NCBI GenBank assembly: GCA_001724245.1 | Contig: MEDX01000029.1 | Location: 1 to 52,843, forward strand | DNA: 52,843 nt | Direction: 5' to 3' | From: Fonticula-like sp. SCN 57-25 | Lineage: Eukaryota | Part shown: positions 33,941 to 45,106 of the stretch, piece by piece | How positions within the stretch are numbered: position 1 is the first letter of the stretch | Layout: each line of letters opens with the position of its first letter | Translations under genes and position numbers: made by a program | Notes under the pieces: model-generated | Told to the model about the DNA's origin: nothing | Database searches by the model: none | The model's input: the letters and a program-made list of their open reading frames with translations, nothing else

Positions 33941-36900
33941 ATGACCAAGTCGCCTAGCGACGCGGAAAAGGTCGCGGAAGGCCGACGACTCGTACGTGTC
34001 CTTGTACGGCGTCGCCGTTCACTAACGCGTGCAATGCCTTATCTGTTTCCAGTTTTTACAAAAGAGGCTTAACCTTGCCAATAAGGCAAAGGGATCGGCG
34101 CCAGCAGTTCAAACGTACGCGCCATTTTCACCCATCCAACATTGGCCGATGCATTTGTCTCTTCTAACTTGTCGCGTTGCGCGCCCGCCTATCTTCTTCT
34201 TCATTTAGAACCCCGGCTGCAGACAATCATGTGGTATTAGAATTCGGCACCCCGACGCCAACGAAACAGGCATCCGTCGCCTCGGCCGTTGGCGATCTTT
34301 TGCAGCCCCTGCGGTCCCTCGCGGGCAATGGTGCGGGCCCGAACTCTGGCGCTGCACCCGACGCCGAGTTGGGCGATGCTTACGGTTTTCCCGCAATTGC
34401 GGGAGGCCGTAGCGCTGTGCAGTATGTGCCGCCGCCGGCCCATCCCGCTGCCCATCCCGCCGCCTCGGTTCCGACGTGGACGCCTCCGGTTCTGCCCGAA
34501 GCTGTCGCTGCGCCCGCACCGGTCTCTCACGGTGTCGCTGAAGCGTCGCAGCCATTTGTTCCGCTTACAATGCTTCACGGTTCCATTATCGAGCCCGAGC
34601 CTTTCGTCGATCACGTCGCCCCCAAGCTCAGCAGCTCCTTTTTGCCTCCGATTGAGCAGGGCGATGCCCTTGCTTCGCCCGTGGCGGCACCCGACGCCAC
34701 GCCCGCGTGGGCGTCGAGCGCGTCCATGGAACAGGCCCGTTTTCAGCCGACTGCCGCTGCTTCGCCCGAGCTCTGGTCGTCCATTTCGATCGATGGCGGC
34801 CACGCGCGGCCAGCCTCGGTCGATGCGCCCGTCGACGGCGATGCGCTGAGCATGTCGCCGACGCCTTTGGACGCGGACGATTTCCTGGCGACGTTGCCTG
34901 AGCCGTCCAGCCCGCCTGCGCTTGATGCGTTTGAGGAGAGCGAGCATGAGCCGTCCGTTCACGAGACGTCGCTCGCCGCCCCTGTGCCGCTTTTCTTCGC
35001 ACCGAGCGACCCCGAGGAGCAGAATGCCGCCATTTCGGCGTCCTTCCTCGCTTCCCCTGCGGCGTCGCACCAAGCGTCCATCGCTGCCGCCGACTCTGCC
35101 TCTCCCAACAAGTCGCTTCTCTTGTCGTCTGCCTATGCTGCCGATGCCGCCGAAGCCGACGACATTACCTTTGAGGAGCTCGACTCGGCACCTGCTCTCC
35201 CTGCTGCGCCCGAGATGACGCAGCAGCCTAGTCCCGCGCGCACCTTCCCTGGCGTTGCTGAGGGTGCTTCATTGACGGCGTCTACCGCCAGCCTCGTGCC
35301 GACACCAGAGGCGGATGAGCCGCGTGGCCGTTTCGAGGACGCAGAGCTGGTCGAGGCTCTTGGTGGCGTTTCGCCCGCGAGACTCCCTGCTGCTGCTGCT
35401 AGCGCGGCGACTCCCTCAAAGACTGCGTCTCCCGCAGCGTCGTTTGCGCCGTCGACGAGTTCCGCTGCCCCGCTGGCGGCCTCGTCAGTCTCGGCTCCGA
35501 CGTATGAGGCGCCGAAGCAGGCGTCCTTTGTGCAGTCGGCGGCTTCGTCGATCAAGTCGACTGGCGCCGCGGCTTCCCCGGCTGCTTCCCACGTGTTTGC
35601 ATCGCCTGCGCAGCCGTCGTTTTCGCAGACCTCCAACTTTGCCTCGCCCTTTGCGCATTCCGCCGGGTCGGTGGCGCAGTCTGCTACAACCTCTTATGCG
35701 CCGTCGCCCGCTCGCGATGAGGACGCCTCTCTCACGGAGGAGATTCAGGACGCACTGAACCGTTCGCAGGTGAGCTTTGCGCGCATGTCGTCCCTTTCGC
35801 AGTCGCTGCGCGCCATGCAGCCGTCGTTCGAGGCCTCTTTCCACGGCGCGGGCCATGATGAATCCGTGCTTGGTTCTCTGCCAGACTCTCTGTCCTCGTC
35901 GGTGGCGTCGTTCACCCCTGCCGCCGCGCCTGCTCAGCCGCGCGCCGCCGAGGCGCAACCCGCCCGCGTCAACGCCGGCATGACGTCTCACCTTCCTCTT
36001 CTTGCCCATGTCATTGAGCAATTCGAGGCCGAGATTGCCGTCACGCGCGAGGTCGGAGCCACCTTGCAGCACGTTGTTGGCCGCATGCACACGCTCATGG
36101 AAGACAAGCGCTCCCTGAACGGCAAGCTGCGCGCCATGAAGGAGCAGGTGAACAAGATGGACAATGCGCTCAGTCAGCGCCAGGGCGAGAACGAGATTTT
36201 GGAAAGGCGGCTTCGCGAGGCGCGCACTCAGATCGATGTTTGGGAGCGCCGCAGCATCGATGCTGCCAAGAACGGCGACGAGTTGGGCGCCAAGCTGCGC
36301 ATTTTCGAGCGCGAGAATGAGTTGCTCAAGACGCGCATCGACCAGGTAAGCACAGAGGCCGAGATCTTGAAGCAGGCCCAGAAGGAAAAGGAGATGCAGG
36401 AAATGTCGGCGGAGGAGCAGCTCGACGACCTTCGCCAGCAGCTTGAAAAGTGCCAGGCGGCCCTTGACCAGGAGCACGCCGAGCACACCATGGAAAAGGA
36501 GCGCCTCGCGACCCGCCTCGCCGAGAGCGCGTCGTTTGTCGAGACGCAGGCCGCCATCACGGACGAGTGGAAGTCGCGCGCCGAGGCCGCCGAGCGCGAA
36601 TGCCTCGCTTTCCGCTCAAAGCCGCAGGAGTTTGCCGAGCAGATTGCGCTTTTGGAGGAGCAGCTCAAGGTTCTTCGCGGCGAAAAGACCGAGCTTGCCG
36701 ACCAGCTGCACCGCTACAAGGTCGCGTCTCGCATGGAGGTCAGCCCCGAGCGCAAGCAGCTCGGCGTGTCGGCGCACCGCCTTGCGGAGCGCCCGCTCGC
36801 CGACTCACTGCGGAGCTCTGTCGCAGAGTCAGAGGTTAGCCTCAGCGACCTGTCGGGATCTTTCCAGCACACTGAGGAAGATGGCACGGCGTCCGACAAG

Positions 36901-39900
36901 CACAGACTGCCGCGGTCCGCCAAGATTATCCAGCGCCTCAGCGAGCAGGTCGCCGAGGCCCGGCAGGATCTCCGTCGCGTGTCGGGCGAGCTGGTCGCGT
37001 CGCAGGAGACGGTCTCAAAGCTGCTTGAGGAACAAAAGGAGCTCCGCTCGAGTCGCGTTCAGATGCAGTCCGAAGAGGTGGCGCGGCTCACGGCCGAGCT
37101 CGACGAGCAGCAGGTTTCCTTCCGCAGGCTCGGGCAGGAAAAGGTTGCGCTCGAGGAGCGCATCCGCGACTACGAGAGCGAGGTCAACTCGCTGCGCACG
37201 AGCCGCGCTCAGCTGAGCTCGCAGCTGCGCTCGGCCAAGGAGAGCGCCGATCACTGGCGGCTCGAGATCGACTCGCAGCGCGCGGCTTACGATGCGCTCC
37301 GCGTCATGCATGAGAACGCCACGGAGCAGCACATCCAGCTTCGCGGCGAGTTCCGCAAGGCGCTCGAGGAGCGCGACCAGCTGCAGGCCGAGATCGCCGA
37401 TCTGCGCGCGGACGGCAAGCCGGAAGAAGGCAGCGCCATGCGCAGCAGCGGCCGCACCAAGACCGTTGTGCCGCTCGGCGAGATCCGTACTGTGTACGTC
37501 AAGGACGAAAAGGCGATTGCCGAGGCGCAGGAGGCGCTTGCGGCGGCCCGCGAGGCCGAAGCCGAGGCCGAGTCCAAGGTCAAGAGCCTTGCCATGGCCA
37601 TCGACATTATGGGCAAGGACCTGTCGAGCCTTCGCACTGAGCTGAACCTGTCCAAGCAGGAGCTCGAGCGCGTCAAGAGCGACCACACTCTTACGGTACG
37701 TCGCAATTTTTGTAGTAGTTTTTGTTGCTTACGCTTTTTTTGCAGCAAATGACGCTTGAAAGCACTTCGGCAGAGCTCAGTTTGGTGAGGCAATCGCTTG
37801 CTGATTCGACCGCCACGAACGCCGACCTTGTGAGCGACAATCAGCGTCTGCGCACGGAGCTTGAGGAGCACCGCCTCGCACTTCCTCTGAGCGGCATCGC
37901 CCAGCTCGAGTCCATGCTCAGCAACCTGCGCCAGGAGAACCGCACCAACCAAAAGGAGCGCCAGATTGCGATGCAGCTTGTTGAGGAGCAAAAGGCGCTC
38001 GACGAGAGCGTGCTGAGGACCGAGCGCGATATGCTCGTGGACCAGGTGGCGCGCCTTTCAAGCGTGAACTCGGACCTGCGCCGCTCCCAGCGCGAGTTTG
38101 CGACGCAAGTCGAGCGCTCCATGCCCGACCCGTCGCTCCTGCGCTCGCAGTTTGACACGCTCGAGCGCACCGCGGCCGTCGTTGCTGCCGAGCGCGATTT
38201 GTTAAAGTCAAAGCTCGCCGAGTCGCAGCAGGAGGTGAACAGCCTTCGGTCAAGCTTGCAGCCGCGCGTGGGCGACGTCGACGAAGAGTTGCCCGAGGAC
38301 GCGGGCGACGCGGGCTTTGACCTTGACCGGTATGTTGAGCCGATCAGCGACGACGGCGAACTGCACGACCTTGACGACGCGAACGACTCGCGCGACCGCG
38401 CCACGAGCTTTGTGGTGCACCAGGATGTTGCCTCCCCGTCGCTGCTCGCCGTGCAGCGCATTCGCGCCGCGCAGGCGATGGAATCGATTGTCGAGACCGA
38501 CTTTGAATCCTTAGATGACATTGAAGTTGGCGAGGATTCGCTGCACATTGCGCCGGCCGCTGCTGCGCGCGGAACTGGCGCTGCGCCCGCCGCGCCGCCG
38601 ACGCGCGACGCCCTCACGCGCGCCATCCTTGAGGACGCGGCCGACCGCCACGAGAATGTCGACTCGCTTCACGCGTGGATGGAGGACGTCCCGCCGACGC
38701 CCGTGCGCGAGGACGCGCTCGCCGCCTTTGCCAAGGCCCGCAGCGCACCCGCCACGATAGAGGAAGAAGAAGAGGAAGACGGCGGCGAATTCGAGTTTTC
38801 CGATATTGAAATTGCCGAGAACCATTTGCAACAGGCGAGCGACGACGACGACGGCTTTGCCGACATTGAAGACTTGGCCGTGGACGTTGCCGCCGAATCA
38901 TCTCGTCTTCACGGGAGCGGCATGTCCATCGGCGGCGTTGGAAGCAGCGCGCCCATCAGTGCCCCGGTCAGCGCGCCTGTCACAGCCCCCGCTCGCGCGA
39001 CGGCCAACCGCGCTGGAACGATCACGCTCGAGGACTGGCAGCGTCAGCAGACGGCGACGTCGATGGCTGCGCTGGCGGCGTCGGTGCCGGTCGTCCAGCG
39101 ACTCAGCTCAAAGCCGCAGGCCGCCAAGCCGCAGGCCCCCGCTGCTGCCGCCGCGCCCGGCCTTCAGCGCTGGATGGAGACGCAGGCCGATGCCGACGAC
39201 GGTTTCGACTGGGACGACGACAGCGAGGAGCAGCAGCCGCAGGCCCGCCTGCCCGCGCGCGCTTCTGCGCTGCCGGCGGCCGACGATGACGACGATATGG
39301 ACGCTGACTTTGAAGGGCTGGACGACCGCGGGCCGCTTGCCATGAGGCCTCCGCCTTCGCACCTCGAGCAGCTGCAGCGCGACCACGTTGTGCTTCAAAT
39401 GTCGCATATGCCGAGGGCAGCGGGTGGCGCTAACGTCGAGCGCACGTCGCCGTCGTCGCTCAACTCGGACGGCGAGCCGCGCGGCGACGGCCTTTCAATC
39501 AGCGAGCTCGGCGTGTCGGCCGCCACATTTGTGTCGCGCGACGCGCCCTTGTCGCCCGTCCGGCGGCCACGCGAGCTGACGTCGTCCGCTCCCGACCCGC
39601 CGACGCCCACGACGCGGCACTCGTCGGCTTCGTCGTCGACGACATCGGCCAACTCGTCTCGTCTCGGCGTCTTTGGCGGCGTGATGGCTTCTGCGTCTTC
39701 GGCGCGCGTCATGATGCCTTCGCAGCTTTTGTCCTTCACGTCGGGCCGCAGCACCGTGTCTGCACGGGGCGAGAACGGAATTACAGCGCACCCGCGGTTG
39801 CTCGCGTCGGCGCAGGCCGCGCACGGCAGCTCGAGGGGCATCATCGACATTGCCGACGGGTCGCTTCAGGGTAGCAATTACCTCCTGACGCCCAGGGCAG

Positions 39901-40157
39901 ACATGGGTCTCATCCTCACCAACCAGGCAGAGGTCGCCGAGACGCAGCTCAACGACGGGCTCAATACATATCTGTACGACCTCGTGCAGACGAGCCTTAC
40001 GAGGTCGCAGGAGAGGCCGCTGCCCCCGCCGACATTCCCGCAGCAGTCGCAGCCGGCGTCGCCGACGCCAGCGGGCACGCGGACAGACGCGCTGGTAGAG
40101 TCGCCACTGCACACGAGCGACGAGGGAAGGCGGTCAGCAAGGAGACTCTTTGACTAA
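33941..40157 (+). CDS. Very large (about 2000 aa) disordered plus coiled-coil protein, about 4 exons
   Basis: Long ORFs 34177-37752 and 37722-40157 joined by a GTACGT..CAG intron; A/S/P-rich N-terminal half, heptad E/Q/L/R middle, acidic tail; small 5' exons from ATG 33941. Confidence 0.75.
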
Positions 40158-40320
40158 AAGTGTTTTTCCCAATTTTCCGCGTGGGCTTTTCTCTTCTTTT
40201 TGGTGCATGGCGCTGTCTTATTATGCGGCCGCTATCGCCGCCCTTGATCATTGTTCCACATTTATTATGTTTACATATAAACTCCAATTATCTCACAAAT
40301 ACAAAAGTACTCAATGCAGA

Positions 40321-41923
40321 CTAGTCCTCCTTGGCGCGAAGCTCCTCGGGGTTAAAGTGCCGCGCGGCCACGTCGAGCGTCATCATGGGGACGACGAGGA
40401 GGCACGCGAGCGTCATGAACGCGACGGTCGGCCCGAAAGACCAGTAAAGGAACGAGCACAGCAGCGGCCCGGCGGCGCGGCCGACGAGGCCATAAGCACG
40501 AAAGGCGCCAATCGACGCGCCACTAAAGTGCTCTGTCAGCAAAAGAAACATAAAAAAGTTGTTCGTACCGCTCGCTCTCGCTTGCCACGATGGATACGAG
40601 TGACGTGAGCGTCGGGACGACGACAGCGGACGCGTATCCAAAGATGACCGACGCCGCGACGATCCAGACGGTCGACTTGCCATGGGCAAACAACAGGAGC
40701 GACACGAGGAGAGCAATGATGCCCGATCCGCAAATGGTCTTCACCTCTGCGGCGCGTCAGTCGCAGCGAAAATGAAAGTCAATGAGCGCACCTTGCATCT
40801 GCTTGAAGCGGCGCACGTACGAGCCCTGCAGCACGACGGCCACCACGCCGATGAGCGCGAGCAGCTTGCCATTGTCCATCGTGCTAAAGCCATATTGGTC
40901 GCTCAGGAAAAAGGTCAAATTGTACTCAAAGCCAGCGAAAAGCGCAAGGAAAACGCAGTGCGTCAATTGAAGCAGCCGCTCTGCGTCGCCGTGCGGCCGC
41001 GCGGCATCGGTAGCCTTGGGCTTTTCGACGGCCTTGACGAACGCGGGCCGCGTCTCTGGCAGCGCGACGGCCGCGATCAGGGCGCCCAGCGCCGCCACAG
41101 CAAGCGACACGAGCGCGGCAAAGCCGAACGGGTTCCCGGTCGCGGCGCACACGCGCTCGGAGAGCGCAAAGAGCGGCGCGGGGAGCGCACGAGAGGCCGC
41201 GGCCGGCATCAAAAGGGCACCGAGGAGCGGGCCAAAGACAAAGCCGAGCGAGAACGCGGCGCCAATCATTGCCTTATTTGCAAAACAGTCAGCCAATTAA
41301 AACAAAGCATATATCTGCGTACCATGGCGCGCGTGCGGCCGAGGGATGTCGAGACGTCTGACGCGATCGTGTGCGACAGCTGAGTTAACCCGCGGCTGAT
41401 GCCAGAGAAGAATCGCGAAGCGACAAAGAGCGGGAACTGGTCCGCAAAGAGCCACGCAACGAGCGACAGCAGCGTGCCAAGCTCGCAGAGGAGCACAAGC
41501 GGGCGGCGGCCGTGGCGATCGGCGAGGCGGCCAACTGTCACGGAGGTAATCAGCTGAAGAACAGCGCCGAGGGAGCCAAGAAGGCCGCCCATCAGCACAA
41601 TGTCCGCTTCACCGGGATGCTCGACATCGCGCGATACATACGAGAGGTAGGGGCGGAACCAGTGGGCCCACTCGAGCATGCTGCTAAAGAGGCCATCCTA
41701 CGATGCAAGCAGTTAGGCAACCGGATCCAGGATGACGTGATACGAACCCCGCCATCGGCCTTGTGGTATTGCGCAATGACATTAGGGAGGAGCCTATTGA
41801 ATTAACTCGACGCATAAGCTTAAGAAAGGAACATGTGGCCGCGACGCACGGGAGGAGGATGGCAAACGAGATTAGATCGCACAGTAGAACCACAAAGATG
41901 GTTCCCAGGGCGCGCGACGACAT
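40321..41923 (-). CDS. MFS transporter, MFSD10/TetA-like, about 6 exons
   Basis: DLISFAILLP, motif A GRLADRHGRRPL, IGAAFSLGFVFGPLLG, FAGFEYNLTF, GRAAGPL. Confidence 0.88.
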
Positions 41924-42056
41924 CGTCGGTGCCAGGGTTATACAATGCAAACTGCAATCTGGTTTGCAGTTTTCTAGTCGGAATCGCGTGGTGACCGCGG
42001 CGCGCACCTGCCTGCACCGGTTATAGGACACTGTGCCTGTGGGGCCGCCGCGCACC

Positions 42057-42851
42057 ATGGCACTGCTGCGCAAACTGGTCATTGGCACCACGGGAATAGT
42101 GAGTTACTTTTTCACGCGGTATTTTATGCGAACGGAAGTGGTTGGTGCCGAGCGCCTTCGCCAATATGTGCTCGAGGATCGCAAACGTGGCCTACTGACG
42201 ATTAGCAACCATACCACGCCCATTGATGACCCCTTCCTGTGGGGCAGTCTCCTGCCTCTCGGCTTTTTGGCGCTCCGCGGCACCGACCTTCGTTGGTCTC
42301 TTGGCGCGGAAGACGTCGTTTTTCGCGTTCGTGCCTTTCGCCCGCTCTTCCGTGCTGCCCAGGTGATCTCTGTGACGCGCGGATTGGGCCTCTGGCAGCC
42401 CGGAATAGAGTCGGCCATCGAGCGCCTCCGCAATAAGGAGTGGATTCATATCTTCCCAGAGGCGTACGTGAACCAGACGGGGCTCATGCGGCCGTTGCGG
42501 TGGGGCACCGCGAGGCTCATCATGGAAGGAAACTGCCCGACGGTCCTGCCCATCTGGCATCTCGGCCTCGAGAACGTCATGCCGGAGAAGACGCTTCAGA
42601 TCCCGCGGCCCGGCAAGCGCGCCCGCGTAATAGTCGGCGAGCCAATTGACTTTGAGCCGCTGCTTCGGCACCACCGGCATCTCGGCACATCCCACGAGCA
42701 GACGAGGGCTCACATCATGCTGCTGCTCACCGAGACCATGCTACAGCTTCAGGCACGCGCGCAGCGCCAGGGCGGCGTCTGGGACGTTCCGCTGCCGGAC
42801 ACGCCCAGGAGAACGCACCCAATAGAGACAGGGACGCGGCCGGACATCTAA
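42057..42851 (+). CDS. TAFAZZIN: Tafazzin (cardiolipin transacylase), intronless
   Basis: LLTISNHTTPIDDP (HxxxxD), RWSLGA, WIHIFPEA, LRWGTARLI, LPIWHLG. Confidence 0.93.
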   Translation: MALLRKLVIGTTGIVSYFFTRYFMRTEVVGAERLRQYVLEDRKRGLLTISNHTTPIDDPFLWGSLLPLGFLALRGTDLRWSLGAEDVVFRVRAFRPLFRAAQVISVTRGLGLWQPGIESAIERLRNKEWIHIFPEAYVNQTGLMRPLRWGTARLIMEGNCPTVLPIWHLGLENVMPEKTLQIPRPGKRARVIVGEPIDFEPLLRHHRHLGTSHEQTRAHIMLLLTETMLQLQARAQRQGGVWDVPLPDTPRRTHPIETGTRPDI

Positions 42852-42966
42852 CACAATTCATTCGAGTATCTGTATCATCATAATAAACGCATTTTGAATT
42901 TATCGCATGAGCGACTCATAGACATGATGTTTTTATTATATACAAACAAAAAGATTATTGCGCGGC

Positions 42967-44888
42967 TCATTCGTTCTCGAGCAGCACGGCCTTGATGCTG
43001 TTGCGCGTCGCCTGCCGCTGACCCACCCTCGCATGCAGCGACACCATCGTCTCCTACATGACCATTAGCGCCAAGTACGCACAAGGGATGGCACGTACAT
43101 CATCTTCGTCGTACGACGGCATTGTCTTAAGCTTTCCTGCGATTGCGTGCGCGGCGCGCACCGACAGGCTGTTATCAAGGAGAAGCTTGAGCGCGTGAAC
43201 GTGAGCGAGAGCACTCGTCGTCGCCGCCGGCAGCAGCATCTTTCTCAGCACAGCTAGCCTTGCCGCCTGACCCGCGTCCGGCCTGCTCAGCAGCGCCGCC
43301 GTGAACGACACGATCAGCGCGGCCGTCTCCTCCTGTGACGTCGGCTCGCGGCGGCCGAGCACGTCGACAGCAAGCAGCGCCGCCGTCACGTGCTGCGCCT
43401 CTAGCCGCTCGACCGCAAACTGCAAAAACACCTCACGGCACAGCGCATTGTCACTGACGAGGCGCATTGCCGGCTGAGAGGTCGCAAACAGCTCCTCCAG
43501 CGCCGACGCCTCCTCCTCGGCGCTGTCCTCCACTTCGCCGTCCTCTGGCGCGTCCTTGATCTCGCCGCTCTCTTCAACATCAACATCCGCCGACTCATCG
43601 TCAACGGTGTCGGTGCGCGCGCGCTTTGACCGCCGGCTGCGGGTGCGCGTGTCGGTCGGGACCGAGGGGGCGGCGAGCAGCGTCAAAAGATGCGGTAAAA
43701 AGACGTTTAAGAATTCTTTTTCTGGGCGCGGGACGCGAATCCGTGACGATGTCGTTGTTGCGGCTTCGAGGAGCGACGCGGCTGCTTGGCCCTGCTGGAT
43801 GAGACCTGCGAGCCACTGTACATTGGAAGACTCTTTGATGGCGCTGCCGGGAGACATGTTGCGCAAAGCGTTCAGCAGGGCGCCGGCAACCACGTGGATC
43901 ACCGAGGGGTCGCCCAAAATCATGGCCATGTCACTATACAATAATGAGCAAGACAGTTTATACTTCTTTTGACGTACGCAATGAGCGGATTTCCCGCCTT
44001 GACCTCGTCGAGGATGGCCGTGAGTTCCTTGATGTGCCTCGCTTCAATGGTATGGTGGCGCACGCACGCGTCCAAATGCCACGCCAGCATGCGGCACGGG
44101 TCCTCCTGCACAGTCTCATTCTCCTCGTCGTGCATCAGCATGAGCACGTCCATGCGAAGGCTGCACAGGGCCGGCTGCTTGGTGCGGACGAGGGCCGCAC
44201 GCAACAGCTGTGTCCAGGCAACGTAAAGGGACTTGTCGCGCCCAAGCGCGCGCACGATCGACCGCACAACGTCGTTGCTTCGGCGCGCGCGCCGCAGGCC
44301 CATGCCGTGCGATCGAAGCTCGCGCCGCGCATTCACAACGGAAGGATCGCGCTGGTACGCCTCAATCAGCGGCATAATGTGGTCGCGGAACGACGACGAA
44401 TCGAGGCGCCAGATCTGGCGCTTGACGTCAATGGGGCACTGCGCATAGAGCTCAGCCGTCATCCGGATCTTGTGAAGGTAAAAGTCGGGAATGTGGCGGT
44501 GCGCGCTAAACACCTCAAACACGAGGGGCTGCAGCTCAGGCACGGCAATATAAGGGAAGGTTGCTTCGAGAAGCGCTCCCAGACGCGATTCATCCATCGA
44601 GCCGCTCTGCACATGCTCAAGCAAGTTTGACTTTAGGCGTTCAAGGAGGCCCGAGTGGACCTCGTAGCGCGACACCTGATGGAGATCCAACAGGGGGAGC
44701 AGCGGCTTTACTCTGCCACGTATCTACCGCGAGAGGTAAGAAGGACACCATGGGGATAATAAGAGCGTATCTGGGTCAGCAAGGCCATGCTCTTCTTGCA
44801 ACTGAGGGATAACCTGTTTCGGATTCTCTCGGCTGAGACGCTCGCGCACGTACGCGGCCCCATCCTCGGCCACTAACCTCCGCTTCAT
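42967..44888 (-). CDS. NELFB: Negative elongation factor B (COBRA1), 4 exons
   Basis: LLPLLDLHQVSRYEVH, LLEATFPYIAVPELQP, LYAQCPIDVKRQIW, LCSLRMDVLMLMHD, DPCRMLAWHLDACVR, DMAMILGDP. Confidence 0.9.
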
Positions 44889-45106
44889 CCTCCCTCCCGC
44901 GCAAATCACGGGGTGTACACCCTCCAAAATTTCAGGGGGATATCATAATAACCACCCTGTAACTTGCATGTCACAGGGTCAAGGCGGGGTCGAAGTGAAG
45001 TGAATCGACGCCGGGGCTGAAAGTGCGGTTTGAGATTGCCGACGGCCGATTGCAGGGCGTGCAGGAATAAAACACGCTCTTTATCTGCCGTTTTGCGCGC
45101 ACGAGC

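Noticed and set aside
34205-40114. Many long antisense and alternate-frame ORFs here and elsewhere
   Set aside because: These are expected shadows of GC-rich coding sequence, with no independent motifs.
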